A stretch of DNA of 64,000 nt from Azolla caroliniana (GCA_043228905.1 JBHGNT010000006.1:16182001-16246000), one strand, 5' to 3'. Shown: positions 25,507-41,550, numbered from the stretch's first letter. Program-made: numbers and translations. Notes: generated from the sequence alone by a model not told the origin.

Positions 25507-28500
25507 AGCTCTAGGTACTGGAATCGGTTTGAGATTCCACGGCACATGCGGTACCGTAAAGATAACCATCGGCTCAACGACCGTCAGGTCCACATACCCG
25601 ATCTCTTCCGGCGAGAATGCAAAGGCCTTCCAGGTGCCTCCCTAGCATTCCCCGAAACCGTTCCTCCTCCGTCGGCATAGAAAGCCACCCCCACCAACCT
25701 TGAGCTCCTGTAGCGTTATGTCGGTGAACTAGTGTCCTATGCCGGCCAGATCCCGTAAACTTGGGTCCCACGCGACCCGCTTTATTCGTTCCTCACTGCC
25801 CTCCGGCAAGGGTGTCGCGACTGGCCTCACCTTCCGATCCACAGTCTTGTACCTTGTATCCACGCAAGCCGTCTGATCCGACCTGACCCTTTCCACGAAG
25901 TCGGCAATGACTTCGTACATTCCCACAGAGTTAACCGGAATCATCCGATCTTCACTGAGGCCTTCTTCAATCACATTCCCGATTTCCCCGAGGGTGTCGT
26001 CGAAAGACACCGCCTCCACGGCGCCACTAATTTCCTCATTGGGATCGAGGACTCTGCATGTCCTGAGTTGTTCCTCTACCCGCTTCTTCTCCCGGCCAAC
26101 GATGCTAGCTATCGTACAACCTCCGCTATCGGAAAACCAAAACTTCCTACCTATGGTACAGGTGTGGGGATCCTTCGGGGTGTCTGGACTATCGCGGCCC
26201 CACGTCTTGATAGCCCTCTCTAAAAATCCCCTCGTTCGCCACTACCGAGGGTTTCGCGGTTCCTCTCATGGTTCGGTCGTACGGTCAGGAATTGGAAGGA
26301 GTGTTGTCCATCTTGGCTCTTTACGCGCGCGTACGCCGAACCATTATCCAATACCCTTGTCTCCATATGCGTCGTCGTAATGTACGGCTCGCCGAGTATC
26401 ACCGAGTGCGAGGACGTCTCCTGCATGAAAAAGTGTTGATCAATCTCGACGTCACCGATCTTGACGGGTACATTCGGGCACGCCCCATGCAGCTCCTCCG
26501 TAGCGCAGGTCACTGCGCGTATTTTCTAGCCGTGCTTGGTGTTGATCGGCCACTTCCACTTTCTATAGAATTCCATGGACATTAGGTTGATCTCTGAGCC
26601 ATGGTCTATCAATGCCACCACAGGCTCTTGGACATCCCCGATACGAACAGGGGTCTCCGTAGTGGCCCTAGCCCAGTGCGACCTCGAATAGTGGCTTTCC
26701 ACCAACTCGTCTTCCAGGGCCATGTCGTCCAAGTGCGTGGTTCGCATCTCCACCAACTTCTCTGGTTCTGGCTCCGTCGAGAGCCGTTTCCGCTTCACCA
26801 AGTCCACCATGGAATCGTGGAACTCTTTCTTGGTGATCCTGAGAACCTCCCTCAGCGACAGCTCCACCTTGCTGTCGAGGATCCGTTCTTCGAGAACCTT
26901 CAGCAGGTCCGTTGACCTCTCAATCTCCATGCTCAACCGGTAACCAGCCCGCTTAGTTTTGTCCGGTGCGCTGGGGTTACCGGCATCGTTTTGCTTCTGC
27001 CCGAACCGGATCTCATACCGCTGTGAGGGCCCGGCACCTCCGGCCTTTCTCGTGCACTTGTCTTCTACTAGAACCTCGTAGTTCTGGCACGCAGCTTCCA
27101 CGATACCAGTCTTCTCTTCAACCGGATCGTCCCATCCAGTGACCTCCCGGACCCGCTGCTCTGCGCAACTCGCTTCCTCCCTCTTCAGTCATGCGCCGAA
27201 GAGGCCTTCTAGCACCGAGGGCCAGAAGCCAGAGTTCTTTGTTTTCCGGTCTTTGTCAGCTCCCACCCGGATCCCGGCCAATGCTGAATAATGGACGGTC
27301 TCCACATGGCACGCCTCCGCCTCTTCCATTAGCCGCTTCATCCCACCACGCCTGAAATTTGTCTCCACCTCTCTCCGAGTATCACCAGCGTGCACCCGTC
27401 CGTTCCATAGGTACACCACATTACCCCTGAGGGCTTTGGCAAACTCCACGTAGTCTCACCGGTAGTGTCTGACCACATCGCACCACATACACCGTTGTCC
27501 AGCTGGTGGCCTTCGGTCGCATCGTTGCCCTCCACTGTCTCTCCGGGCCTGCGCAATCTGTAGGTCACGCACCATTTGTGTCAGCTCCTCAAGAGCCGCG
27601 CCCCCGGATGGGCCCTTGACCACTCCGGTCGACGTTGGGCCAGTTTCAAGCCAACCCCGGGTTTCCTCCTTTCGTGCCGATGAAGGCTCGTCAAACATCC
27701 TTGCCGGGGTGGGTCCCGTCACCGATGACTTCTCGTCACCCCACTCTCGCCGTTTGTCGAAGCGGTTGCAGACCCCCTTGACCATGGCCCAGTCGGTCAT
27801 CAGCCCATTATCTGTCTCTAGTAGGAGACCCACTTGGTCCCTATCCTGTGCGTCCACTGATTTGATGAATAACAGGACACGGTTCGTGTCCAGCACGGTC
27901 CTGTCCAGCGTTGAGAGCCACACAAAGCGTTCATCGAACTCCCGGAGGAGCACCGACACATTCCTCCCCTTTCCAGGGGTTTCCACCCACTCCATGAAGT
28001 CCCGCTTCGATAACCAAAGCGTGTCATCAAGCCCGTACCTTTTGAGGAGTCGTGCTTCGAATTCTCCCTAGGTCCGCCATCCAGCCTGTACCTCGAGCAC
28101 CTCTGCGTGGATGCCCGGTGTCGCCACCCGAGGGAACCCGGCCAGACGCCTATCCTCTGGAATGTCTCTCATCACCATCTCAGCTCAGTAGGCCACCAAA
28201 TAGGTCGTGGCATCCTTCCCTCCGAATCGGCCTATCGTGTTGACAATTGCTTCAATGGCCCTGTCAAGGGCCCTGTGCCCTCGCGAGCACTTACTATTCG
28301 ATCAACCGTTGCCGCCATGGTGTCAGTGAGCTCCGATCCCCTCATCTTCACTCCTCTGCCGCCTTGGTTCACATCGGGTTCACCAAATATGTCGCGTGAT
28401 TACGCATGTGCGTGTGAAATAAGGCGGGACCACGGGGGCCCTAAACCGAGGAGCAAGAGAGACAAGAGGAAGTGAGAAGCGTGACAGTGTAAGGCCTGCT

Positions 28501-29027
28501 AGACCTATCAGCAACCGATGACACTTGCCCGTTGATTGAACCACCAACGCATATACCGACTTAATCAATGAGCACACTCGGGAGAGATGAAAGAAGAGAG
28601 TCTCCGAACACAGATAACACAAATAGCATAGATAGGCGGAAACAAGAGATTCTATTACAACAACAGTGGCAATTACAACGGTTGCAACCCTGCAGAGAAT
28701 GATGATAGAGGAAGAGAGAGCTCGGTTCCCAATCCGACAGCACCTCGTCCTTGCCCCAAAAACGTGATAACTTCTTCCTCTTCTCCCTTCCCTTTTATAG
28801 GTCGCCGAGGAGGCCGTTACATCAAAACACATCAACTTTATTCTTTGTCCCTTCGGACAAAGATATGCTTCGATTTCCTAATTAATAAGTATATCAAACC
28901 TAGTATATTTACATCAACCGTCCTTTTCCTAGTTATATACAATGTATCAATTCACGCACACTCGTGAAAGGGCGGGTTCACACCTTTAACTCCTTGATTC
29001 CTCTTAGGGCCGGTTTTCTTCACGACA
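25507..29027 (-). mobile_element. Ty3/gypsy element D (5' LTR 28390-29027, gag, protease, pre-RT region), 3' truncated
   Basis: PBS complementary to the tRNA-Trp 3' end. Knuckle CMWCD..H, protease ALIDHGSEINLMS, motif TRYKTVDRKVRPV. Confidence 0.85.
28368..28385 (-). promoter_or_regulatory. Primer-binding site for tRNA-Trp (element D)
   Basis: The plus strand reads TTCACATCGGGTTCACCA, one mismatch from the plant tRNA-Trp 3' end TTCACGTCGGGTTCACCA (recalled from memory). It lies next to the LTR. Confidence 0.75.
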
Positions 29028-30359
29028 CCGTGTCGGTCGTTTTGTCTGGAGCTTCCGGTTTCATTGTTGCTGGCTCCGGTGTCGGTATGTGGTCCAACTC
29101 GTCGTCTTCCGGGTCGTTTGGGGTATCGTGGCTACTACGATAATTCGATTGGATGTTGTGTTCGTCGTCCGAATCTAATTCGATGGTTGAGAACGCTTCC
29201 AAACCATCATCTCTTGTGGCAAGTGTTTGCAGAATGGACTCCGCTTCCTGTAGACTGCTCAGACTACTTCCTTCATCCAGGTGGAGGTTCTATTGCAATT
29301 GGGTGACTCCTCCACGACCCGCCGAATCACTTTGGAAAAAGACCGATCCGATCGGATCTCCTCCGCCGCCTGCTAGTAAGCATCCTGCTTCCGCAGTCTC
29401 TCGGCGAGTCTTCTCGCTCGCTCGGCTACTGGGTCGTTTGTTGGTCTATTCATCCATTCCCCGGTTGTTCACTACACTTTTTGCAGGAATCGTGGTCGCC
29501 AAAACTGTGTTGTCACCGGTTTGGACAAGCCGCTAACACAGGGTTCCCTTTAGAACACTTCACCAAAGGGGTGGTACAATAAGGAATGTGTAGACCGTGA
29601 TATAGGACCGATCCTTCCCGGTCACTATCCGGAATTATTAACTTGATACACGTGTATGATAATCACATTAAGCACAGAACAGTATTAACAAGATACACAA
29701 TACGTAAGGACACAACACTTCTTTATTAATTATTCGTCTTCAATTACATCATCTCCGGATCCTTTTATAGGTATTCGGTTGTGCTACAAACCGGTGCCAA
29801 TCGGCAACCGGCTATGAACCGGTCCAGATCCGGATCAGCATACCGATTCCGGGTCCGTCCGTCCGATCTTATAATTATCATAACGATCTTATAATTATCA
29901 TAATTTATCTAATTACAACTCCCAAAACTGACTCCTCTTTCATACTCTGGCCTAATCGGCCAACACTTTTGTGACTATTAGTTTTGCGTAGGACATGGGT
30001 TTTCCCCACCCCTTATCACTCCTCGAACTTTGAGGGGGTGGGGAGGACACCTACTCGAACTTTTGGGTGGGTGGGTGGGTGGGAACCCTAATTGAACATG
30101 CCAGTGAAGTGTCGACGGCGGCAAGGAGGCTGTGACGACCACCGACTGTAGGACTTCTGCAGGATGTGGCAAGTCCTGTAGAGGGTGTGATGGAAGGGAG
30201 GACATGTGTGCCCCACGTCTATAGACCTCCGCTCTACACTGGCAGGTGGGTGTTATTCAGCCTTGCTCCTGCTCCGTTCCCGCTTCACCTCTCACAAGGA
30301 CGCGCTTCGGCTCCTACTCCACCGCTCTTGCCCCGTTTTTCTACATGTCACTTATTATA

Positions 30360-30901
30360 TATAGTATGAAGTGTATATAATAATATATTTATACTATATA
30401 TTTTTTATAACACGCTCAAAATAATATCATCATCATGTAATAATGATATATATATATTCTCAAATATTTATTCTTTACTAATAATATTAGTTGAAATTTG
30501 ATTGAAATTTTAAACAATAACCTTTATTAAATACTTTAAGAGTGTAAACTCTAGGTTTGATTTTAATGTTTTAAGTTTTAAGTTAAAACTAAATTTTTTA
30601 CTTACCTAAATTTTTAAGTTGAAACAAAAAAAATGTACTAACCTTTTTTTTCATAATTATTAGTAAAAACATTAATACGATATTTATTTTATGTACTTCA
30701 TTATCTTTGTGAGGTAGTTATGTTTATTTGTGCATCTTTGTGTACATTATATAGTAATGAAACATCATATAGAGCTTTTCATTATTAAAATTTGTATGTC
30801 AAATAACATGTTAGTTTTTGCACTCTCATGTCATATGACATACATCTTTAAAAAATGCCCGTCAAAAACCTTTAATACTATCCTGCCAAATTCAAGCCCT
30901 G
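30360..30901. mobile_element. Possible orphan hAT end (AT-rich non-autonomous remnant)
   Basis: Ends ...AAATTCAAGCCCTG (reverse complement CAGGGCTTGAA). Carries a CCGTCAAAA subterminal motif shared with the hAT at 39306. Partner end not found. Confidence 0.3.
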
Positions 30902-31236
30902 ATCCTGGGTAACAAAGAGCAACATTTTGCTAAAAACACAATCATGAATACTATGTTTATTGAAATGTGTGTTATGTACTTAAGTTTCATATGTCATTAG
31001 AAATTTGGACTCAATTGCCCATGCATATTATATAAGTGACAAAAGAAGCGTTTTTTTCATTTTTTGTGTATATGTATAAGCTAATTCTCATAACTTTCCG
31101 CATTTAAATTTATGGAAAACCAATCCCTTAAAAATATAAGCCTTTGGACAGGGTCAAAAGTTTCAATAACAGCAATAAATCCTAGATCAGTTCAAAATTT
31201 CTTTGAAAACAAACACTCCATCACATCACTAATATG

Positions 31237-31452
31237 GAAATATCCATTGGGGATGTAATAATAAAAAGTTGTTGGTTGATAGTTCATCATAAGAATCAGA
31301 TGTGTAACAAGAGCCTATAAGGAAATATCCATTGGGGATGTAATAATAAAAATTGCTGATTGATCATCACAAGAATCAGATGTATAACAAGCCTGATGGA
31401 ACTACCTTGATAGTTCATCACAAGAATCGGGTGTAACAAGCCTAACGGAACC
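31237..31452. repeat. Short imperfect tandem repeat (about 84-bp unit plus a partial copy)
   Basis: GGAAATATCCATTGGGGATGTAATAATAAAAA occurs at 31237 and 31321. The CATCA(C/T)AAGAATC block occurs three times. Confidence 0.8.
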
Positions 31453-32006
31453 ATCAATACTATCACAATCAACATATTGTTAGACTGTAGGTACTAGTCA
31501 CATGGTGATGGTTGAGAGAGAAATGACCGAGTAACTAGCAAGTTTGTAATAAGGCAAAGTATGTGTTAAAAATATTGTGCATATAATAAATGCACATTCT
31601 TGTAAGCCTTTACTCCTGTATATGTAATATTGAAAATTGTCCATTGCGTATATTTATGTCATCTACATTTATCTTCTGAAATTTGAATTACAAACTATGA
31701 TTCCTTCAAGTTACGGTTTTTTTAATCAAAGATCAACATATGCACCTATTTTAGACAAGGGATAATTCTACTGGTTTGGAAGGGGAGTCACTAAAAAACA
31801 CTCATTGAGCTACACCTTTCTCGAATCACATACTTGTCAATCCTCATTCACAATATAATATATTTAGAGTCCTAACCATTACATTATTACTTCAAATGTT
31901 TTGAATGGAGATATACATAGGCTTTACTTTTGTGCAAGCCAGAAAAGAATAGGAAATAAATAAATAAACTTCTGTCAGAGTGGCATCATATTGTAACTCT
32001 TTTTAA

Positions 32007-35000
32007 TTAATTTATCAATAACGGTTCCAGTGACTCATTGGAGGGTGAAATGCTTACACGAGCTGCTGCCTTGATGGCCTACACATTTTTTAATGACATA
32101 TGCACAATAAGATTTTAACAAAACAAAAAGACAAATAAACGCTCTTATATTGCTTACTCTTAGGCATAAGAGCATATACACATGCATGTTTTTACCGAAT
32201 GCAACACACACACATGCCTATATATATACATATATATATTTATATATATATGTATGTGTGTTATATACATATATATATATATATACACACACATGCATGC
32301 ATGCACACAAACTTTTGCTATTTGCACACAAATGTATACTTTATTTAGCTGTTTTACCTCTTTTTCCCAGTTGGTTACCCATGTAATGACTATTAGTGCT
32401 ACCAATTGCACAACTGAGCCACTAGTTATTCCCATCCAGAGTCCCTACGAACAACAACGAGACAAAAAAAGCATGTGAAAAGTTCACAAAGATGTTTCCA
32501 GCTATCAAAGATTTCTTCCAAGAATCATTAGACTTGTCATTAGCGTGTGTATACATAGATAATGCAAAGAGTAAGAATTTATTCTATCATTCCATTTGTT
32601 CCAACTATGATTTAGCGCTGTCCTGAACATTATAATAACGATACATAAAGAAAAAGCATATGAATACCTCAGCTTTGATGTGAAACACAAAGGCCAGAAT
32701 AATAGCCAAAGGCAAGCCCACTCCATAGTAAGACAAGAGATTGATATATGCACCTGCCTTTTGCCATCCACATCCTCTTACAATCCCTGTATATAAGATT
32801 GGTATTGCACGAGAGTCATTAGTTTCTGTTTCATTAGGTTAAACACATTTAGAATCTACTACTCAATCATGAGTTTTCCAAGTTTTGTTTCACCAGGAAA
32901 GTCAAATCTAGACTCCACCAACCACGACTTTTCCAGTTAGTTCTAATTAGCTATATAATAATAAATTTGCATTAGTTTTAATTTCCCAAAAGTGGAAATG
33001 GCAATTTCCAGGAAAATCTTATACTTGATGGTGTCCTTTCTTGGACCAGTTTAACCACAATCTATACAAAAATCCTTCATAAGCACACGACAAAACATAG
33101 GGTTTTTTTTTCAATGATCTTGAAAACGTTTGGGCCATATTTACAACTAAGGTCTTTTCAAACATCAGCCCAAGTTTACAATAAACCAAGGAATTTCAAA
33201 TAAAATAAAACGGTAAAAAACTGAACTAAATTCTATACTGTTTAGAGTTTGATAAGCCTATAGATCCCCCTAACCATTTATATATAATGAATCCTTGAGG
33301 TTTCCTTGTAACTTGGATACCTGTAAGGAGACCTTGAAAACTATCTAGAACAGATGAGGCGGCGAGAACAGGCATTAGTGTGGATATGTATTCGATAACC
33401 TCTTTGTCATCACTGTATGCGCGACCCAGTATATTGCGAAGAGACATAAGTGCTGTACACACCACAATGGCCTCGCATGTTGCAACAACTAAGGCAACAT
33501 AAACTGCTCGGTACGCAGCCCTAGGGTTCCCAGCTCCAAGCTCATTTGATACCCTTGTACTACAGCAATGAATCAAATATGATATGAAATGACTCATGAT
33601 TCTTGCATGAATAAGCAGAACTCAAAGACCTTCGAAAGCACAACAAAAAAACCTCACCTTGCCACCGTCCCGAGTGCGGATGGAATCATGAAAGTAAATA
33701 TGGCACTATTGTAGCTGCAAGATTTTCAGATATACATATATATGTCAAAACTCGTGAATGTAATAAACCTCTTACACATGAAACAAGGTCAATAGGAGCT
33801 TAACATCTGGATGGGTGCTAATAGTAAATGGCAAACTAGATAGTGCTCACCACTCTGAAACACAGCCACTTCATAAAGTAATCAGTCATCTGCAGTGGCA
33901 CAATAAGCCCAATCTATGGGAACTCACTTATGAAGTGAGCCATGCTTCACAATAGCCAGTCACCCATTTACTACGAGCTTCCGTCTCGCTGTTGAATCCA
34001 TAGGGAGATGTAAACCATCATCTTTATTAGGCTTCTTACCAGATCGAAAGTGCCGAGGTCTCTAATTCTGGGTTTGGTAACAACCCAGATAGAAGCACAA
34101 GAGCTTCATATGACCACCATTCCAAACTGCCATCCCAAACCATATATGATTGTCAAAATATGAATCATTTGAAGATTTCAGCTAATATTCGGTAGGGTTT
34201 GTTTCCAACTATAATAACGTTATGCGCACCATGTCATGACCGCAGATGGTATTGCCAGTTTGAGGAAGATTGTCAACTCACGAAATGCCAGGAAAGAGAG
34301 AGGGATCCTACTCTCAGCACAAGATCTTGAAAACTTTACATATGACGCAAGCAGCACCACATTGATCCAATTTGAGAGGCTTGTCGCCAGTGCAGCACCT
34401 TGGCTCCCTAACCCAGTTTTGTATACCATAACATAGCATATTGGAATGTGGCAAGAGAAAGAAAACGCAGTGCATAACATAAGAGGAATCACAAGGCTCT
34501 GGGCCTGAAGAAACTTGATTAATGGTTGTCCAGTCGCATATGCAAACAACATGGGGATCAAGAATACAGTGTATTCTCCGGCTTTCTCAGATATCGTCGC
34601 ATTTTGTCCGAGTGCTAACAGTATATGATCCATGTTGGCCCAAGCAAAAGCTAGAAGAATGCCAGTCGCATTCAACACAATCATCGCTCGTTGCATGTAG
34701 AGGCCAAGCAAATTGTACTGACGTGCACCATAGGCTTGCCCACATAATGTCTCCAAAGCATAGCTCATGCCCACCTGCCATACCATCACACAACTATCAA
34801 TACCTTTCATCAATTTATTATAATACCAAATGGATATGTTGATGTAGATGTACATATTTGCATACATAGATAATGTACATACCTTTTCATCATACATCAG
34901 CGTACATTTGCATATATAGACAATGCACATATACAGTTACATACATCTACAGACATGCATCAAAAAAATATGATGGATAACATCCACACACACACACAAC

Positions 35001-35314
35001 ATAGAGAGAGAGAGAGAGAGACTATACACATAAATACACATGCATATACAGTTTCATACATGCATTATGTATGTGTGTATATGCGCATAAAATATGCGAT
35101 GGATAAGATGAGACGTGTGTACCAGAAAGCTGGAGCCTGTGACAGTGGCAATAGAGGAAGCGATGGAGGCACTAGAGAGTGCAAGGTCGCCCAGGTGCCC
35201 CACAAACATGAGGGAGACGAGCTGGATGCCAAACTGAAGAAGGTTGATGACAATCATTGGTCCTGCAAGCCATAGCTGCCTCTTCAATTCGATATGGAAA
35301 GCGACAGGATCCAT
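32007..35314 (-). CDS. MATE efflux family / DETOXIFICATION (DTX) transporter, 8 exons, about 465 aa
   Basis: Exons 35314-35123, 34774-34230, 34126-34040, 33714-33658, 33559-33321, 32786-32668, 32444-32358 and 32078-32007. All introns GT-AG; 1398 nt in frame. Motifs [45 protein letters not shown]. Confidence 0.93.
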
Positions 35315-35443
35315 GCCTCTCCTGATCTAGATACACGAGAACACTATATATATATATATATGTATATATCAATATGTATGTCTCTCTTGTATGTACAATA
35401 CAGTTGGCCCTTCTAAATTCTCCACATCCCCTTACTACCACTA

Positions 35444-36176
35444 TGTGGTGTGGAGTCCCTAAACAGGGCCAACCCAAAATCGGCCCTAAAATGAATCATG
35501 AGAGAACCAAGGAGCCCAAAAACGAGATTGCACAAACCCATGGAGTCCCAATCAAGGTTGGCACAAGCATGAGAAGTAACAAGCAAGGTTGGGATCAAGG
35601 CACGCAGTCCCAACAGTCCCGTGCAAGCTTTGAGTTGGGACAGACCCACGCAGCCACTAGTCCCAACCTAAGTTGGAATCCTAGAAGGGACCCAATCCCA
35701 ATCCCAAACCCAGCACCACCTTGGGCTGGGATAACCCAATCCCAATAGTCTCCACGGCCATTCTTGGCCCAAAGCCAGGGGAGCCCAACAGCCACCTCTT
35801 GGCATAACGGCATGGGTAGCCCAAGAGTAACCTCTTGGCATAACGACTAGGTAATCCATCAGTCACCCCTTAGACTATATATGGAGGAGCTTCTCCTCAT
35901 TTTGGTCATTCCTCGATTTCCTAATTTACTCACTCTCTCCTCTCACTCTCCTTAATCTTAGTTAGCTCCAAGGAGCTTGTAATAAAACCTTCTTGTAATC
36001 ACAATTACGTATTAATAGTAAGTAATCATAGTTTTGGCTCGATATCTCGTGTCCCAACCATGTTGTGAGATTGTTTCGAGATCCATGTTTTAGGGGCATC
36101 ACAACTATGTGAGGTACACTATGGGGAGAGTGGGGTTTTAGTTATTTGAGCTTTGACCATTTCCAGCCCCACAACA
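35444..36176. repeat. LTR-like sequence about 130 bp upstream of the MATE start codon
   Basis: TGTGG...CCACAACA ends, TATA-like box at about 35876, a purine tract on the minus strand at 36181-36190. Adjacent to gypsy pol. Confidence 0.5.
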
Positions 36177-36277
36177 TCAATCCTCCTCCTAAGGTAACAA
36201 CATGTGTTGGGACATTGAAGATTGATAGATTCCACACTATGTGATTGTTCATATTGTATTGTTTCTTATACAATCAT

Positions 36278-37961
36278 TCATTTTGATGCGCTGCAAAATC
36301 GCTCGCCCCCAAAATGATGGCCCAATATGTGCCTTGAGTCGACTAATGTGTGATTGGTCGACTTGTGCAGAATATGAAAGAGTCGACCACAACTAGTAAA
36401 CTCCTTGACATGCACCTCGTAGTTTATCTCCACAGTAGTAATTTTTCTCGCGACTGGATGGGACTGCCCATCCTTGCCTGGTTGTGATATGATACACCCC
36501 AATGCAAAGTCTGATGCATCTGCCTCAATGGTAAATGGCTTTTGGGGATCAATATGTGCTAAGATAGGAGCTTATGTGAATGCCTCTTTGAGTTGAGTAA
36601 AGGCGGCGTTTGATTTAGTAGTCCAAACAAATGCTTGATTTTTCTTGGTGAGTTGGGTGAGAGGCAATACAATCTTTAAATAATTCCATATGAATTTGCG
36701 ATAGAAGTTAGCAAATTAGAGGAAACATTGGACGTCTTGAACTGAACGTGGGGGTTGCCATTCCAATATTGTTTGGACTTTTGCTAGATCCATGAAGATA
36801 CCCTTGGATGAAATAAGAATTCCACTTGTTTGCAGTCAAAACTACATTTCTCTAGTTTGGCATAAAGACCATATTTTCTTAAGTGTTCAAGTACTTTCCA
36901 CACATGTATATCATGCTCCTCTTGTGTTTTAGAGTAAAGCAAGAGATCATCTAAATAGATTATGAGAAAGATATCCAAAACATCCCGAAAAATGTCATTT
37001 GCCATATGTTGAAAAACTGCAAGTGCATTTGTGAGCTCGAAAGGCATGATTGTATACTCGAAATGACCATACCGAGTGCAAAATGCACTTTTCCACTCAT
37101 CTCCCGGTTGAATTCGAACAAGATTATATGCACCCCTTAGATCGATTTTTGTAAAATGCTTTGCCCCACCAATGCGCTCTAAAAGACCGGTGATTAAAGG
37201 TAGAGCATACCTATTTCTTATGGTGAATTTATTTAATCCCCGATAGTCCACGACCAAACGAAGCGAGGTGTCCTTTTTCTTCACAAAAAATATAGGAGCA
37301 CTAGCTGGATATTTTGAATGTCGAATAAACCCATGTGCAAGATTCTCCTCGATGTATGCTCAATGAACCTCAAGCTCAGTTGGGGACAGATTGTAGATTG
37401 GACCCCACGGTGGCTCTTTTCCTAGTTGTAGATCAATGGGACAATCATATGACCGATGCTTTGGAAGCACACTAGCTTTGACTTTGTCGAAAACATCAGC
37501 ATATTCTTGATACTTTTTGGGAATTTAGATGTCTGAATTCCCTTTAGTGGCACTAGGAGGTGTCACTGATATTGCAAATAAGAAAAGGTCCTCCTTTCCT
37601 CCTACTTGGCATAATTGTTGTACTGTGATCGTTGAAATTTGATGAAAAAAACATCTTGTTTAAAAGAGGGCGCATTGGTAGGATTATATTCTTTAAGAGT
37701 GGAGTCCTTGTTTTGATCCTTGGGTACAATGTTTTCTGCTGGAGGGCACTAAATTTCCTGCCTCCTCCAATCGATTATTGGGTTATGTGGCTTAAACAAT
37801 GGTAAACCAAGGACAATTGCATGCTCGGGGCTACGGATTACGTTAATGGAAACTACACATCCTAAGTCATCGAAGAGTATGTATATTGGCTCAGACTCCC
37901 CGAATATCTTCTTAGAAACTATGAGACATCCATCAATCACTACATACCTTTGCTTAGACAA
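36278..37961 (-). mobile_element. Ty3/gypsy chromovirus-type (Tcn1/Tf2-like) protease-RT-RNase H remnant
   Basis: Motifs [44 protein letters not shown] and NYEVH. Confidence 0.9.
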
Positions 37962-38564
37962 CTTGGAGAGGAAAAAAGCTCAAAAAAGTTGAAATTTGAT
38001 AAATTTAGTGTTTTGGATAGCATCGTCTCATCATGGTATGCATTTTTTGGTTCATGTGTAACACATAACTTGCCCACTACTCCCACATAACGCTTGTTAT
38101 TACCAAATTATATCATGCATAAAGTTGTGAGATTCAAGATTTATTTTAGGCCTTGTGTTCATTTCCACAAAAAAATATATGTGAGTTGTTTTGATATTGT
38201 TTAACCTAGCTCATGAAATACTAGATGGGTTTCTTACATACATGCATTATGAATGACTTCTTCACTTACCCCGAGCTATATAGTGGCATAGACTTTGACA
38301 ACTTTTGGAGGATTCTCAGTGGTTGGCGGGAGTGTATGCAAGAAACGATATTCGTCGGTCAAGCTTCATGATACCAACCAACCACTAACTACTCTCATCT
38401 ATTGGATTGTGTCATTTGAGAGCGTGAAACAATAATAAGGCATCATTATACAAGAATAAATAATTTTAACTCGGTCTGCGTAATTTGTGTTTGGCCTATA
38501 TGTACGTTCGTAACGAGATGCAATACATGTTTCTCCGGATGCCGCATGGTGCCATGCCAAAAGA

Positions 38565-38785
38565 GTATGAGAGAGAGAGAGAGAGTGTGTGTGTGTGTGT
38601 GAATGAATGGGACCATGTGGGAATGTCCGTCCTCTTAGGCACTAATGGGAAAGAGACATTTCATGTAATGAATGTGTATGTGTATGTGTAAGTGTTTGTG
38701 TGTATGTATGTATGGATGAGGTAGAGGTAGGTAGAGACAGATAGGTGTGAGGGGGCGATGGGTCATTCTCTCTCTTGTAGAAAAG

Positions 38786-38816
<31 letters not shown>

Positions 38817-38883
38817 CTGCCTGGCTAGCGTGAATGAATGAATGAATAAATGAAGGGATAGGATAGAGGATGGGAATCATGGG

Positions 38884-38914
<31 letters not shown>

Positions 38915-39214
38915 TGTTATGTTATGTTATGCATATATGATATATGTATGGGTTTGAAGACAGCTCATTCAGTCAGTCAGTCAGTCAGTCAGTCAGTCAT
39001 GCTGTTTTGCTTGATGCTGCTTTGGATTTGAGAGGGAGAGGGAGAGGGAAGCATGTGAAATATAATATATATTGTATGCCTTCAAGTGCGAGCTCTTCTT
39101 AAGAGTATGTATGTATGTATGTATGTATGTATGTACATATTGTATGTATTGTAATTTGTATGTATGCATATGTATTTGTATGTGAGACGCAGACAGAGAC
39201 AGAGTGCCTAAAAA

Positions 39215-39246
<32 letters not shown>

Positions 39247-39295
39247 GAGAGAGAGAGAGGGGTAGAGAGAGAGAGAGAGAGTGTGTGTGTGTGAG
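38565..39295. repeat. Dense compound microsatellite cluster
   Basis: (GA)n, (GT)n, (CT)n, (TATG)n, (GAAT)n, (AGTC)n and (CA)n tracts within about 730 bp. Confidence 0.95.
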
Positions 39296-39305
39296 TAGGG
39301 GAGAT

Positions 39306-41339
<2,034 letters not shown>

Positions 41340-41505
41340 GGGGAGATGAAGATGATCTCCCCCTTCGTTTCCTGATAAGAGAAAAGAAAAAAAAGGGGAA
41401 AAGGAGGAACAGAGCAAAGCTTAAAAACACACACCCTTTTTTGCTTGTGTCTTTTCGCCATTACCTCAATGACCTCCCTCCATAGACAGTAAGTAAGTGT
41501 GTTGC

Positions 41506-41550
<45 letters not shown>

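Larger units (their letters stand above)
16116..29965 (-). mobile_element. Degenerate Ty3/gypsy element E, host of nested insertions; 5' LTR 29506-29965
   Basis: PBS TGGCGACCACG (tRNA-Arg-like) at 29491-29501. Gag pieces at 29028-29460 and 24284-25507. Protease IVDGGSGVNVIS at 23308-23703. RT WLSPIVVV/VDYRKLN at 16105-16725, which is contiguous with the protease region once element C is removed. Confidence 0.82.
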
